A DNA stretch of 64,000 nucleotides from Candidatus Solibacter usitatus (GTDB lineage Bacteria > Acidobacteriota > Terriglobia > Bryobacterales > Bryobacteraceae). The translations under genes were made by a program, and so were the position numbers. The stretch lies in assembly GCA_016213245.1 (NCBI GenBank), contig JACRBC010000136.1, positions 670 to 64,669 of the forward strand, given 5' to 3'. This document shows positions 18,353-29,632 of this stretch, piece after piece. Position 1 is the stretch's first letter; every line of letters starts with the position of its first letter. The notes beneath the pieces are model-generated. The model saw only the letters and a list, made by a program, of their open reading frames with translations, ran no database searches and was not told the DNA's origin.

Positions 18353-19149
18353 GACTGTCCGCTCAACTCCCGGGTGAATGCCTCCAGGCGCGCCGCCAGG
18401 TCCGGCGAAGCGCCGTGGCGCTCGATCAGGCGCATGAACGCGCTGCCTACCACCACGCCGTCGGCGTAGCGGCCCACGGCTTCGACATGCTCGCGCCTGG
18501 AGATGCCGAAGCCCACCGCCAGCGGCAACGCGGTGTGCCGCCGCAGGCTCGCGATCAGTTCCTCGACTCCGCCGGAGACCGAGTCCTGCTCGCCGGTGAC
18601 GCCGCTTCGTGAGACGACGTAGACAAAGCCGGTGGAATGCCGGGCCACCAGGGCCAGGCGCCGCTCCGTGCTGGTGGGCGCGGCGAGGAAGACCGTGTCC
18701 AGCCCGTGCCGCCGCAGGGTTTCGGTGGTGTCGCCGGCTTCTTCCACACTGAGGTCGGTGAGCAGGCAGCCGTCGACGCCCGCCTGGCGCGCATCGGCGC
18801 ACAGCTTGTCGAAGCCGTAGCGCAGCAGCGGGTTCAGGTAACTGAACAGGACGATGGGGATGTCGCTGCGCTTGCGGATGCCGGCGGCGATCTCCAGCAC
18901 GCGCGCCACCCTGGCGCCGGCCTTCAGAGCGCGGTCCGAGGCGCGCTGGATCACGGGGCCGTCGGCGATGGGGTCGGAGAACGGCACGCCTAGTTCGAGC
19001 ACGTCCGCTCCGCCGCGCTCCATGGCCAGCGCCAGCTCTTCGGTCGCGCCGGGGGAAGGGTCGCCGGCGGTGATGTAGGCCACCAGCGCGGGCCGGCCGG
19101 CGGCCTTGCAGGCGGCGAAGCGTTCGGCGATGCGTTCGCTACTTGGCAT
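18349..19149 (-). CDS. trpA: Tryptophan synthase alpha subunit
   Basis: [34 protein letters not shown]. Confidence 0.97.
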   Translation of the reverse strand: MPSSERIAERFAACKAAGRPALVAYITAGDPSPGATEELALAMERGGADVLELGVPFSDPIADGPVIQRASDRALKAGARVARVLEIAAGIRKRSDIPIVLFSYLNPLLRYGFDKLCADARQAGVDGCLLTDLSVEEAGDTTETLRRHGLDTVFLAAPTSTERRLALVARHSTGFVYVVSRSGVTGEQDSVSGGVEELIASLRRHTALPLAVGFGISRREHVEAVGRYADGVVVGSAFMRLIERHGASPDLAARLEAFTRELSGQS

Positions 19150-20353
19150 CGGGGTTGTCCAGTGCGGGGAAGTTCTCCCGGTAGATGTCTGTGTCCTTGT
19201 CGCCGCGGCCGGAGAGGTTGATCAGGAAGATCTCGCCGTTCGCCGCCGGCGCGCGGCGCAAGGCTTCTGCCACGGCGTGGGACGATTCCAGCGCGGGAAT
19301 GATGCCTTCGGTGCGCGCCAGCGTCGCGGCCGCCTGGAGTGCGTCCGCGTCGGAGGCGGAGACATACTCGGCGCGGCCCTGGTCGTGCAGCCAGGCGTGC
19401 TCGGGGCCGATCAGCGCGTAATCGAGCCCCGCCGAAACCGAGTGCGTCAGCGACACTTGGCCGTCGTCGTCCTGCAACAGGTAGCTGTAGGCCCCTTGCA
19501 GCACGCCCGGCGAGCCGCCGGCGAAGCGCGCCGCGTGCTGGCCCAGTTCCAGGCTGCGGCCTCCCGCCTCCACGCCCACCAGCTTCACGCGCTCATCGGG
19601 GATGAAGGCCGTGAAGATGCCGATGGCGTTGGAGCCGCCGCCGACGCAGGCGAAGATGGTGTCCGGCAAACGGCCAGTGCGAGCCAGGATCTGGCCGCGC
19701 GCCTCGTCGCCGGTGCAGCGGTGAAAGTCGCGGACCATCATCGGATAAGGATGCGCGCCCAGCGCCGAGCCGAGCAGGTAATGCGTCGAGGAGATGTTCG
19801 ACACCCAGTCGCGCATGGCCTCGCTGACGGCGTCCTTCAACGTCCGGCTGCCGGAGGTGACGCTCTCCACGCGCGCGCCCAGCAGTCGCATGCGGAAGAC
19901 GTTCAGCCGCTGGCGGCGCATGTCCTCCTCGCCCATGTAGACGACGCACTCCAGGCCGAACAGCGCGCAAACGGTGGCCGTGGCCACGCCGTGCTGCCCC
20001 GCGCCGGTCTCGGCGATGATGCGCCGCTTGCCCATGCGGCGGGCCAGCAGGATCTGCCCCAGGCAGTTGTTGATCTTGTGCGCGCCGGTGTGCAGCAGGT
20101 CTTCGCGCTTGATGAAGATGCGCGCCCCGCCCAGGTTCGCGCTCAACCGCTTCGCTTCGTATAGCGGCGTGGGCCGGCCGGCGAAGTTCGCCAGCAGGTC
20201 TTTCAATTCGGCCTGAAACGCCGGATCCCGCTGGGCTTGCGTGTAGGCCGTTTCCAGTTCTTCCAGCGGCGCCATCAGGATCTCGGGGACATATCGCCCG
20301 CCGTATGGCCCGAAGTGGCCCCTCTCGTCCGGCAACTCTGTGCTTTTGCTCAT
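19139..20353 (-). CDS. trpB: Tryptophan synthase beta subunit
   Basis: [41 protein letters not shown]. Confidence 0.98.
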   Translation of the reverse strand: MSKSTELPDERGHFGPYGGRYVPEILMAPLEELETAYTQAQRDPAFQAELKDLLANFAGRPTPLYEAKRLSANLGGARIFIKREDLLHTGAHKINNCLGQILLARRMGKRRIIAETGAGQHGVATATVCALFGLECVVYMGEEDMRRQRLNVFRMRLLGARVESVTSGSRTLKDAVSEAMRDWVSNISSTHYLLGSALGAHPYPMMVRDFHRCTGDEARGQILARTGRLPDTIFACVGGGSNAIGIFTAFIPDERVKLVGVEAGGRSLELGQHAARFAGGSPGVLQGAYSYLLQDDDGQVSLTHSVSAGLDYALIGPEHAWLHDQGRAEYVSASDADALQAAATLARTEGIIPALESSHAVAEALRRAPAANGEIFLINLSGRGDKDTDIYRENFPALDNPDAK

Positions 20354-20949
20354 TCCTTATCCGTCTCGCGCACGGCGCGGATGAACTCCGCCACCCGCGC
20401 GTGGTCTTTCACTCCGGGGCGCTGCTCCAGGCGGGAGCAGGCGTCGACGCCCCACGACCGCACCAGCCGGATGGCGGTGGCGACGTTGTCAGGCCCAAGG
20501 CCTCCGGCCAGGATCACCCTGCCGGGCAGTCCGCACGCTAGCGACCAGTCGAAGGTCCTTCCGGTGCCGCCGCGCTGCTGGCCGGCGGGCGTATCGATCA
20601 GGACGGCCTCCGCGCCGCACTCTTCCATTCTCTCTCGAAGCCGCTCCAGCGTGGCCGGCCAGGCGCGCCACCAGCGGATGCCGGGCGGGTAATCCAATGA
20701 GCCGTGTACCTGCGCCACGTCCAGGCCCGCGATGCGGGCGGCTGCCTCGATATCGGCCGCGCCCTCGTCCACGAACACGCCGGCCTTCAACACAGGGGGC
20801 AGGCGGTCGATGATGGCGCGCGCCGCTTGCGGCGCGATGTATCGCGGGCTCCCGGGATAGAAGTTGAAACCCAGCGCATCGGCGCCGGCTTCAATTGCCT
20901 GCAGGGCGTCGTCCAGCGTCGTGATGCCGCAGATCTTGACGAGTGTCAT
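20350..20949 (-). CDS. trpF: Phosphoribosylanthranilate isomerase
   Basis: [29 protein letters not shown]. Confidence 0.96.
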   Translation of the reverse strand: MTLVKICGITTLDDALQAIEAGADALGFNFYPGSPRYIAPQAARAIIDRLPPVLKAGVFVDEGAADIEAAARIAGLDVAQVHGSLDYPPGIRWWRAWPATLERLRERMEECGAEAVLIDTPAGQQRGGTGRTFDWSLACGLPGRVILAGGLGPDNVATAIRLVRSWGVDACSRLEQRPGVKDHARVAEFIRAVRETDKE

Positions 20950-21734
20950 CGGCCGGTGAGCGCCTTCAACGCCGCGGCGGGGTCGCCGGATTTCATCAGA
21001 TGCTCGCCTACCAGGAAGGCGTGAAAACCGGCCGAGGAGAGCCGTTCGACGTCGGCGCGTGAATGGATGCCGCTTTCTGCGACTTTCAGAATGGCTTCCG
21101 GCATCAGCGCCGCCAGGCGCTCGGAGGTCCCCAGCCGCACTTCGAAGCTGCGCAGGTCGCGGTTGTTCACGCCGACGATCGACGCGCCGGACTCGAGCGC
21201 CACCGCAAGCTCGCTCTCATCGTGAACTTCAACCAGCGCCGCCATGCCGTAGGACTCGGCCAGCACCCGGAAGCGCTCCATCTCGTCCCGCGAGAGGATG
21301 GCCGCGATCAGCAGAATGGCGTCGGCGCCCGAGCCGGCCGCCTCGATCACGTCGAGCTCGTCGACGGTGAAATCCTTGCGCAGGACGGGCAGATGCGCAA
21401 TGGCGCGCGCCACCTTCAGGTCGCTCAGCGACCCCTGGAAGAACTCCTTATCGGTCAATACCGACAGGGCGGCGGCGCCGCCGGCGAAGTACTGCTGCGC
21501 CTGCAAGCCCGGATTGAAGTCGGCCGCCAGCACGCCCTTGCTGGGCGACGCTTTCTTGATCTCGGCGATGATGGCCGGCTGGCGCTTCAACAGGCCGGCG
21601 CGGAAGTCCCGGCGCTGTTTGGCCTGGAAGGAGGCGTTCTGCTCCATGCTTCGGCGCGACTTCGCCTTCTCGGCGACCTCAATGCGCTTGCGGTCGACAA
21701 TACGGGCGAGGATGTCCGGGATTGCGGCTGCCAT
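20946..21734 (-). CDS. trpC: Indole-3-glycerol phosphate synthase
   Basis: IAEIKKASPSKG, LSVLTD, LRKDF, GVNNRDL, AESGI; start moved to ATG 21734 (MAAAIPDILARIV). Confidence 0.96.
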   Translation of the reverse strand: MAAAIPDILARIVDRKRIEVAEKAKSRRSMEQNASFQAKQRRDFRAGLLKRQPAIIAEIKKASPSKGVLAADFNPGLQAQQYFAGGAAALSVLTDKEFFQGSLSDLKVARAIAHLPVLRKDFTVDELDVIEAAGSGADAILLIAAILSRDEMERFRVLAESYGMAALVEVHDESELAVALESGASIVGVNNRDLRSFEVRLGTSERLAALMPEAILKVAESGIHSRADVERLSSAGFHAFLVGEHLMKSGDPAAALKALTGR

Positions 21735-21868
21735 CTGGGGAACCTCTACGATAACAGACTCGGCGAGGCGCGCCGTGTTCTCACAACTACCGCCATCTCG
21801 TCGCTGGCTCACCTTGCGACCCCCGCGACCGGAGGACCTCGTCATCGTGGCAAATCCAAGCTCTCCCT

Positions 21869-22606
21869 CTACTCGCGCGCAGCCTCGGCCGCGATGTGCC
21901 CGGCGAACGACGTGACAAACGTCTTCAAGCTCGTCATCTCGGAAAGCTCGTTGTATTCGCTGCTCGTCACCGCCGTCCGTGGTGAGGTGATCACAGCAGC
22001 CGTCGTGTAAAGCTGTTCCTGCACGAGCCTCTGGCAAAGGAGGTCATATCGCTTCAGGTAAGAAGCCCCCTGAAACTCTGGAAAGACAGGAAAGTGCGGC
22101 GACCGATCCCGAACGGGCGCCCGCGAGCGGGGCGCATCCTCAACCAGCATCAGCCAAGCGACGAACGGCCGAGGGTGCTTCCCAAACGCACCCTCCCGAT
22201 ATGCCGTCCACACATCGTGCGACGTACCAACGGCCTCTTCGGTTCGATTATTGAAGTTGTTCCCGAACGATGGCCCAACCTGGCTCTTGAGCTCGATGGC
22301 AGCAATCAAGCGGCCCTCGTTGAGCACAAGTAGATCCCACAGCTTCGTCGGACGGAAGTATCCGGGCAGCGTCAAGAGCGCTCTACGCCTATGAATCGCA
22401 GCATGCGTCAGGCCATTGGCCTGGACCAGATCAATCACGAGGGCGATGAACCCGTCCATGTTCTTTCCGGCCGTGACGCCGGCCCGCTCACCCTGATCGA
22501 CCGTTCCCGCTTCGGCCTGTTTTTTCCGCGCCTTCTCCCGGTTCCCCCAGAACGCCTTGACGGCTTCACGGGCCTTCCTGTCGTAGTCCGTCAGATCAAT
22601 CGCCAT
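21869..22606 (-). CDS. Type II restriction endonuclease, PaeR7I/XhoI family (CTCGAG expected)
   Basis: [50 protein letters not shown] recognised as PaeR7I/XhoI-like. Confidence 0.9.
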   Translation of the reverse strand: MAIDLTDYDRKAREAVKAFWGNREKARKKQAEAGTVDQGERAGVTAGKNMDGFIALVIDLVQANGLTHAAIHRRRALLTLPGYFRPTKLWDLLVLNEGRLIAAIELKSQVGPSFGNNFNNRTEEAVGTSHDVWTAYREGAFGKHPRPFVAWLMLVEDAPRSRAPVRDRSPHFPVFPEFQGASYLKRYDLLCQRLVQEQLYTTAAVITSPRTAVTSSEYNELSEMTSLKTFVTSFAGHIAAEAARE

Positions 22607-22608
22607 GG

Positions 22609-24333
22609 CTACTCACCGTTCCCACCCAAAGTGGCTTTCTCGTCCTTGGTCAGTCCGTACAAGGAGAAAACGGAACGATTGCACGCTGCCACGTCACCAC
22701 GCTCCGCGGCGTCGATCAAGTCGCGCTGCAAGGTTGACGGAACGTCAGCCCAATAAGGCACCCGAATCCGCCGCAAGTACTGCGCCTGGAAGCGCAGGTA
22801 GCCGCCCCGCATCTTCGTCGAGTAGATCGACACAAACAGGCGGGCAATCCCCGACAGGAGGACCGCCTGAAGGGCTTTCAGATCCCAAGTGCCGGAAGTC
22901 AAGTAATAGAGGTTGTGATGCGGATACAGGTGGCCGCCTTCATACACGACGTGAGCCTCACCCTTAATGTCCGGAATCAGCAGCTTCGGAGTTTGCGCGA
23001 GAGCCGGATAAATCCGGTCAATCGTTCTGTACCAATGTGCCGGTGTTTTTTGGGCAACGTGCCGCCCGGCGATCTGCTCCCTCCGCGCATCGAGATATCG
23101 CCGCAACCGCGGATACCTCTCGAGGTCCACGAGACCGCCTTCGTCCGCGAACGGGTTGATGACACCAAAGCCGCGCCACTTGACGACGCCATCCAGGATA
23201 TCTCCCGTCATCGCCAGCGGCAGCTTGCGATCCGGCTCGACGTCCAGCTCGTCGAAGGGGCCAATGAAAGCCTGGTCCGCACCGGTCGCAACGCCGATAC
23301 CGACCTTGCAGCCAGCTTCCTCGATCGTGGGGAAACAATTCTCAAGTCTGCGAACTAGCCCGAACTGGTCAGCGGCCCCGAGGATCCAAGGCTCCGCGCC
23401 CGCCACCACTCCAGCCAGGTCCCGAACCGCCTCACCGGTGCCGTGCACCCCCAGAAGTTCTCGCGCGAGTGCGGAGAGCGCCTGTTTTTCAATCGCTGGT
23501 TGATGCGCGATCCGAGTGGTGGCAGCCCTTTCCCTGCTGATGACAGTGATCGCGGGGTAAGCGATCACGTCCGTGCGGAAAGCCGGTGTATTTACCATGT
23601 CCACAAAAACTTTCAGGTGGAAATCGTCTGATACCAACTGGCGGAGCGGCCCGCCATAGCGGTTCTTCATCCACCGGTCCGCGCAGATGAAGCCGAGCTG
23701 ACCGCCGGGAACAAGGCTCCTGAGCGATCTTTCGATGAACGGGATGTACAGATCAGCGCGGTCATAAATCGTGCTGTAGCGTGCCCGGTATTCCGCCAGG
23801 AGCACGTCGGGAATCAACTCCTGCCGAACGTATGGAGGGTTGCCGATGACGACGTCGAAACCCGCATCAAGCGGAACAAGCAGGAAGTCGCCGTGGATGA
23901 GCCATCGATCGGCAAGCGCCCTCGCCGATGCCTTTTCCATGCCCTTCCCTTCCAGAAACTCCACAACCTTCGAGCGCGTTTTCTCGAACGTGGCGCCGTG
24001 CAACTCTACGGCGCGAATGCTGTCGCCCAACGCAAGGACGTCGTCGCCAGAGCTCTCAGCAGAACGGCCCCAGGCTTCGATCAGCCGCTCAATCGCGGGT
24101 AACAGGAAATCTCCATCCCCAAAAGAGGGCTCGAGCAGATGGAGCCGATGAAGCGGGCGATCCGCCGTGTAGCCAACCAGGTCGAGAATGAAATCGACCA
24201 CCTCACGGCGCGTGAAGATCGCGCCCCGCTCCTCAATGCCGGCATTCGCCAGTTCAGAGACGGCTGCCACGATCGGGCACAGGCCCGGGAACGATGGTTG
24301 CACAAGAACCAGACTGGGAATCGGAGATCTCAA
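22609..24333 (-). CDS. N6-adenine DNA methyltransferase, gamma class (M.PaeR7I/M.XhoI-like)
   Basis: [10 protein letters not shown] (motif I), IGNPPY (motif IV), [21 protein letters not shown]; start codon uncertain. Confidence 0.92.
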   Translation of the reverse strand: MRSPIPSLVLVQPSFPGLCPIVAAVSELANAGIEERGAIFTRREVVDFILDLVGYTADRPLHRLHLLEPSFGDGDFLLPAIERLIEAWGRSAESSGDDVLALGDSIRAVELHGATFEKTRSKVVEFLEGKGMEKASARALADRWLIHGDFLLVPLDAGFDVVIGNPPYVRQELIPDVLLAEYRARYSTIYDRADLYIPFIERSLRSLVPGGQLGFICADRWMKNRYGGPLRQLVSDDFHLKVFVDMVNTPAFRTDVIAYPAITVISRERAATTRIAHQPAIEKQALSALARELLGVHGTGEAVRDLAGVVAGAEPWILGAADQFGLVRRLENCFPTIEEAGCKVGIGVATGADQAFIGPFDELDVEPDRKLPLAMTGDILDGVVKWRGFGVINPFADEGGLVDLERYPRLRRYLDARREQIAGRHVAQKTPAHWYRTIDRIYPALAQTPKLLIPDIKGEAHVVYEGGHLYPHHNLYYLTSGTWDLKALQAVLLSGIARLFVSIYSTKMRGGYLRFQAQYLRRIRVPYWADVPSTLQRDLIDAAERGDVAACNRSVFSLYGLTKDEKATLGGNGE

Positions 24334-24470
24334 GAGGGCTGTTGTTCCTTTACTAGTAGCGGCGACTTCGCCACCACAGACAATTCAACCGCATGGAGCA
24401 ACACCGATCAAGCATTCCTTGCTGCACCACGTTACACCATATCGGTGAGTCTCTCAACCGCGCGAGGGCC

Positions 24471-25319
24471 TCACAGCCGCAGGTTCTTCAGGTATTCGAG
24501 GGTCTCCTTGATCTGCGGCACGGCGTTGGGGTGCTCTTCTTCGATGAAGTAATGCCGCACGCCGTGCGCGCGCGCGGCCTTCAACACGCGCCGCCAGTCC
24601 ACCTCGCCCTTGCCGGCGGGAACGCTCGCTTCCTCCTCGACGGTGCCAGGGTCGAATGTCCGCGGCTCGCCGGGCCGGATGTCCTTGACGTGCATCAGCG
24701 GGAAGCGGCCCGGGTGCAGTTCCAGAGCCCGCGCCGGATCCTGGTTGCCGAAGACGAACCAGAAGACGTCCATCTCGAAGTTGGCGGCCTTCGGGTCCAT
24801 GCGCTGAGCCAGAGTGTCGAACAACGTCCCGTCCGGTCCGGCGACGAACTCGGGCCCGTGCGGGTGGTAGCAGAAGCGCAGGCCGGCGCGCGCCAGGGGC
24901 TCGCCCCAGCGGTTGAACTGATCCGCCGCGCGCACGGCCGCGTCGAAGGTCAGGCGCCTGGCGCCGGGGATCGCCGAGCACATCACGTAGCCGGCGCCGA
25001 GCGCCGACGCGTCGTCGCTCACGTTCTGAATCGACTTGGATAACGCGTTCCACTCCGCCCCCAGCGAGACGGCCTTCAGCCCGTGGCCCGCGAGCAGGCG
25101 CTGGAACTCGGCAGCCGTTTTACCGTAGAAGCCGCCCACCTCCAATTCCTCGAAGCCCAGCTTCCGGACCAGCGCCAGGGTGCCGGGCAGGTCCTTTGCG
25201 GCTTGGCGGCGCAGGCTGTACATCTGCAGGCCGAGCGCGCCGGTGAAGCGCTGTTGCGCCAACGCGGGCAGCGCCGCCGCTCTCCATAGAAGCTCTCGCC
25301 GCGTCGTCATGACCGCCAT
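24471..25319 (-). CDS. Sugar phosphate isomerase/epimerase (xylose isomerase-like TIM barrel)
   Basis: GLQMYSLR, CYHPH, FEMDVFW, MHVKD, GKGEVDW, FIEEE; twin-Arg-like leader. Confidence 0.88.
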   Translation of the reverse strand: MAVMTTRRELLWRAAALPALAQQRFTGALGLQMYSLRRQAAKDLPGTLALVRKLGFEELEVGGFYGKTAAEFQRLLAGHGLKAVSLGAEWNALSKSIQNVSDDASALGAGYVMCSAIPGARRLTFDAAVRAADQFNRWGEPLARAGLRFCYHPHGPEFVAGPDGTLFDTLAQRMDPKAANFEMDVFWFVFGNQDPARALELHPGRFPLMHVKDIRPGEPRTFDPGTVEEEASVPAGKGEVDWRRVLKAARAHGVRHYFIEEEHPNAVPQIKETLEYLKNLRL

Positions 25320-25332
25320 TGTGCCATGCTGC

Positions 25333-27267
25333 TCACCTCGCCCAGCGCAGCCCCGCGCGCCACAGCCTGGGCGCGCCGGTGAGCGGCGTGGGGCTGTAGC
25401 CGACGGCGTAGACCCGATTGAAGGCGTTCTCCAGCGCCACGCTCAGCGACAATCCGTGCCGCAGCGCCTGGCGCGCCGTCAAGTGAAAGACGGCGAAGCC
25501 CGGCAGCACGTAGAGGTTGAGATCATCTTCCAGTTGCAGCGCCGAGGCGCGCAGGCCGCCGGCGATGAGCGTCGAGCGGCGCGACCAGGCGAGTTGCGCC
25601 GAGCCCTGGTTTTTCGGGATCTGAGGGACGCGCGCGCCGGTGACGTAGCGTGAGTCCACCAATAGGTACGACGCCTCCGCCCGCCACGCGCCCCAGCGAC
25701 GCGAGGCGCTGGCCTCCACGCCGCGCGCCCTCGCCGCGGCGGCGTTGTCGCGCTGGCGCGTGATGAGCGCGGGCGTCACGGTCCGCGTGACGTTCGTGAT
25801 CAGGTCGTCCAGGCGGCTGTCGAAGGCCGTCAGCGACAGGCGCAGCGGACCGGCCACGTAGTCGCCGCCCGCCTCCACTCCGCGTAGCGCTTCGGGCCGG
25901 AGCGCCGGGTTGGCCAGCGTCACCGTGTTGCCCACGCGAAACTCGCGGTAGAGCTCGTTCAGCGTGGGCGCGCGAAACGCCCGGTAAGCCGAGGCCCGCA
26001 GCCGCCAGCGCTCAAAGCCCAGCGCCGCGCCGCCGCTGGGGCTCCAGAAGGCCCTGCCGTTGCCGGCGTCGCCGCCGCGGACGCCGCCGAAGAGGCGCAG
26101 GCGGCCGAACGCGGCGTCCCCTTGTCCGAAGAAACCGTACTGCGTCTCGACGCCTCCGCCCACGCGCGAACCCGCCGGGTAGAGCGTCTCCAGCGAATAG
26201 CCCTCCGCGCGGTGAAAATCGCCGCCGGCGAGGAAGTTCCAATGCGACGACGCCCGCCGCCACACGCCTGCCGCGCCGGTGGACTCCGCCGGGACCGTCT
26301 GGCGCAACGTGAGCCGTTCGGTCTGCCTTCCGGCGCCGATCGACGAAAATGTGGCACGGTACTCCTCGCGGTTGTGGAATCCGAGCAGCGTGTACGCCGA
26401 TGCGCCCTGCTGCCGCGTATAGTTCGCGGCCAGGGTGCCCAGGCCGGTGGAGTTGCGCGTCAGCGTGGTGCCGTTGTCGCGCTGTTCGGCGAGGAGATCG
26501 GCGCGCAGGAAGAGCCGGTCGGACGAGCTCGTCCAATCGGCCCGCGCCGTACCCGCGGCGAAGCGCACGTTGGCCTGGGTGTCCACCGGACCGCGCGAAG
26601 CAGCGGGGACAATGTAGTAGCCATCAGTGGTGAAGCCGCGCCCGGAGCCCGAGACGGCCCAGCGGCTGCCGAGTCCGAGCGACCCCGCGCCCTCAAGCTG
26701 GTGCGTGCGCTCATTGCCCAGAGAGTAGCCCAGCCAGCCGTGCCCGGCGCGCGTCTCGGAGGAGAACAGTCCCAGCGATCCGCCCATCGCCTTGTCGCCG
26801 AAGACGCTGGTGGAGGCCCCGCGCGACACCTCCACGCGCGAGGTCTCCTCCGGGTTCACGCGCGTCCAATAGATCCATCCCCCAAACGGGCTGTTCAACG
26901 GCACGCCATCCCACAGCACCAGCGTGCGGCTGGCGCCGGTGGAGCCGAGCCCGCGCAGGCTCACGCCCTGGGTGGTGGGGTTGGCGGCGAGCGACGACGC
27001 GCGGCGGAATAGCGAGAAGCCCGGCACCAGCCGCAGGCGGTCGTCCAGGTTGACTCCGGCGGCTTGCCGCAGTTCAGGCGTGCCCAGTACGGTGATGGAT
27101 GCCGGAGCGTCGGTCGAGACGCGCTCTGTGACGGTGATCGACGTGCGCAGCGGCTCGGCCTCAGGCGTCTGCTGCGAAAACGCCGCTGCCCGGCTCAAGC
27201 AGACGAGCGCCGTTCCAGCCGCAATCCTGCAGGCGGTCCGGCGACGCGCTGAACACAATGGCCACAC
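25333..27267 (-). CDS. TonB-dependent receptor
   Basis: Plug motifs SLRGLGSTGASRTLVLWDGVPLN, VEVSRG; FRAPTLNELY, NPALRPE, ENAFN; start uncertain (overlaps DUF58 gene). Confidence 0.88.
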   Translation of the reverse strand: MWPLCSARRRTACRIAAGTALVCLSRAAAFSQQTPEAEPLRTSITVTERVSTDAPASITVLGTPELRQAAGVNLDDRLRLVPGFSLFRRASSLAANPTTQGVSLRGLGSTGASRTLVLWDGVPLNSPFGGWIYWTRVNPEETSRVEVSRGASTSVFGDKAMGGSLGLFSSETRAGHGWLGYSLGNERTHQLEGAGSLGLGSRWAVSGSGRGFTTDGYYIVPAASRGPVDTQANVRFAAGTARADWTSSSDRLFLRADLLAEQRDNGTTLTRNSTGLGTLAANYTRQQGASAYTLLGFHNREEYRATFSSIGAGRQTERLTLRQTVPAESTGAAGVWRRASSHWNFLAGGDFHRAEGYSLETLYPAGSRVGGGVETQYGFFGQGDAAFGRLRLFGGVRGGDAGNGRAFWSPSGGAALGFERWRLRASAYRAFRAPTLNELYREFRVGNTVTLANPALRPEALRGVEAGGDYVAGPLRLSLTAFDSRLDDLITNVTRTVTPALITRQRDNAAAARARGVEASASRRWGAWRAEASYLLVDSRYVTGARVPQIPKNQGSAQLAWSRRSTLIAGGLRASALQLEDDLNLYVLPGFAVFHLTARQALRHGLSLSVALENAFNRVYAVGYSPTPLTGAPRLWRAGLRWAR

Positions 27268-28270
27268 TCTCTTCTTCCAGGTTCCTGACGGGGGCGGCGC
27301 TGTGGCGGCATTCCGCCAGCGCCAGATATTTCAGGATAACGTAGACGTCTCCTTCCACCGGCGCGAAGAGTTCGAAGTCCTGCGTACGGAAGCGGACGCG
27401 CGCGCCGCGCTCTGAGAAGCGCCAGGCCAGGAAGGCGCAGCACTCCACCGCACGTTCGAACCACTCTTCGTGCTCGCGCGGCGCTTCCAGGTCGAGAAAG
27501 AGCGTGATCAGGTGCTCTTCCTCGCGCGCGAACTCCCGCACCTGCAGCTCGCCCGTGTGCGCGGTGGCGCGCCAGTCGACGTGCCGGGCGCTCTCCAGCG
27601 CTTCGTATGGCCGGATGCGGTAGAAGTCGTGGCCGCGCCCGCGGAAGCGCGAGTCGGCTTCACCGGCCAGTTCGGCCAGGAGCCGTTCGAAGCCCGGCTG
27701 CGGCTCCAGCGCCGGATAGACCAGCACGTCGTGCTTCATGGTGACGCGCGCGCGCCGCTCGGCGAAGCCGAACGGAAAGCGTGAGGAGAACATGAAGCTG
27801 TCTTCCGAATGCAGCCCGCGCCGGTCGAAGCGGACGTCCACGGTGGTCTCGCACGCGCCGCCGCCCGGCAGCACGGGGAAGTACAGGTCTGTTGTGAACA
27901 CGCTTCCTTCGAGCCCCACCAGGCGGATGGAGAACGATGGCATCCAGCTCTTGTCATTCTTGAGGATGATGCGCGCGGCGACCTCGCGCCGCGCGCAGAT
28001 GTGGTCGGGCAACTGCACGTCCAGATCCAGCCCGGCGATGCCGATGCGGCTGACGAAGCTGCTCACCAGCATGGTGGCGATCATCGAGGCCAGCAGCAGG
28101 AACAGCAGGTTGTTGGCCGAGGCGAAGGCGGCGAAGCCGGTGAGCGAGAGCGCCACGACGAAGACCAGGCCCGCCAGCGTGACGCGCTCCCGGACGCGCC
28201 ACTCCAGCCACTTCCGCGCGCGTTCCGTCCTCGCCTGCCACCAGCGCTGCATACAATGCCATCTCACCAT
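27161..28270 (-). CDS. DUF58 domain-containing membrane protein
   Basis: ANNLLFL, SRFPFGF, LVYP, DFYRIRPY...RHVDWRATAHTGELQVREF. Confidence 0.88.
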   Translation of the reverse strand: MVRWHCMQRWWQARTERARKWLEWRVRERVTLAGLVFVVALSLTGFAAFASANNLLFLLLASMIATMLVSSFVSRIGIAGLDLDVQLPDHICARREVAARIILKNDKSWMPSFSIRLVGLEGSVFTTDLYFPVLPGGGACETTVDVRFDRRGLHSEDSFMFSSRFPFGFAERRARVTMKHDVLVYPALEPQPGFERLLAELAGEADSRFRGRGHDFYRIRPYEALESARHVDWRATAHTGELQVREFAREEEHLITLFLDLEAPREHEEWFERAVECCAFLAWRFSERGARVRFRTQDFELFAPVEGDVYVILKYLALAECRHSAAPVRNLEEESVAIVFSASPDRLQDCGWNGARLLEPGSGVFAADA

Positions 28271-28288
28271 GTCACAATCAGATATTTC

Positions 28289-29632
28289 ATGTCGACCCCA
28301 TCACAACCGCCCGTCCGGCTGAACCGCTCGCTCGGCCTGTTCCAGCTCCTGATCATGGGCGTCATCATGGTGCAGCCCACCGCGCCCATGCCGCCCTTCG
28401 GCGCCATCAGCGCCGGCGCCAACGGCCACGTGGTCACCACCGTGCTCATCGCCATGTTTGCCATGCTGCTCACCGCTCTGAGTTACGGCCGCATGGCTCG
28501 CGCCTACCCCAGCGCCGGCTCCGCCTACACCTACGTCGCCCGCGAGATCCACCCGGCTCTCGGCTATCTCACCGGCTGGAGCATGTTGCTCGACTACGTG
28601 GTCAACCCGCTCATCTGCACCATCTGGTGCTCCAAGGCGCTGATGGGTCTCTTCCCCGGCACGCCCTACTGGTTCTGGGCCGTGGCATTCGGCGTTCTCT
28701 TTACCCTGCTCAACCTGCGCGGCATCCAGGCCACGGCGCGCACCAACGAGTTCCTCACCGTGGCCATGGGCGTCGTCATCCTGTGGATGCTCGGCGCCAC
28801 GGCGCGCTACCTGATGGCCGGGCCGTTGTCGACGGCCACGTTCACTCTGCCTTTCTACGACCCGGCGCGATTCACTTTTGGCTCCATCTCCAACGGCGCT
28901 TCCATCGCCGTGCTCACCTACATCGGCTTCGACGGCATCTCGACGCTGTCTGAGGAGGTGCACGACCCGCGCCGCAACATCCTGCGCGCCATGATGGGCA
29001 CCTGCCTGATCATCGGCGTGCTGTCGGCCGTGGAGGTCTACGCCGCCCAGATGGCCTGGCCGGCCTCCCAGCCCTATCCGGACTCCGACACCGCCTACAT
29101 CCACATCGCCGGCCGCGTGGGCGGGCCGATTCTCTTCCAGGTGATGTCCTGGACCCTCGTTGTCGCTACCATCGGCTCTGCCTCCGGCGCCATGTTGGCC
29201 GGCGCCCGGCTGCTCTACGGCATGGGGCGCGACAACGCCATCCCCAAGGCCTTCTTCGGCTACCTGCATCCGGTGCGCCGCATCCCCAGCCGCAACGTGC
29301 TGCTCATCGGCTGCCTGTGCCTGCTCGGCGCCTTCGCCATGAGCTACCAGACCGGCGCTGAGCTGCTCAACTTCGGCGCGCTGATCGGCTTTACCGGCGT
29401 CAACGCCTCCAGCCTGCTGCACTACTATGTCCGCGGCCGCGACCGCCACTGGTCCCACCTCGTGCTGCCCGCCCTTGGCGTCGTCGTCTGCCTCTACCTG
29501 TGGCTCAGCCTGAGCATGCTGGCCAAGACCGCCGGCATGGCCTGGCTCGTCTTCGGCGTGGGCTACGGCGCATGGAAGACCGGCGGCTTCAGGAAGGACA
29601 TCATCCGGTTCGAGGTCCCCGAAGAAGAATGA
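28289..29632 (+). CDS. APC family amino acid/polyamine permease
   Basis: Multiple TM segments, SAGSAYTY, YIGFDGISTLSEE, ARLLYGMGRD; start ATG 28289. Confidence 0.92.
   Translation: MSTPSQPPVRLNRSLGLFQLLIMGVIMVQPTAPMPPFGAISAGANGHVVTTVLIAMFAMLLTALSYGRMARAYPSAGSAYTYVAREIHPALGYLTGWSMLLDYVVNPLICTIWCSKALMGLFPGTPYWFWAVAFGVLFTLLNLRGIQATARTNEFLTVAMGVVILWMLGATARYLMAGPLSTATFTLPFYDPARFTFGSISNGASIAVLTYIGFDGISTLSEEVHDPRRNILRAMMGTCLIIGVLSAVEVYAAQMAWPASQPYPDSDTAYIHIAGRVGGPILFQVMSWTLVVATIGSASGAMLAGARLLYGMGRDNAIPKAFFGYLHPVRRIPSRNVLLIGCLCLLGAFAMSYQTGAELLNFGALIGFTGVNASSLLHYYVRGRDRHWSHLVLPALGVVVCLYLWLSLSMLAKTAGMAWLVFGVGYGAWKTGGFRKDIIRFEVPEEE

Noticed and set aside
21735-24470. Mobile-element ends around the R-M genes
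   Set aside because: No convincing direct or inverted repeats, tRNA or recombinase found by eye.
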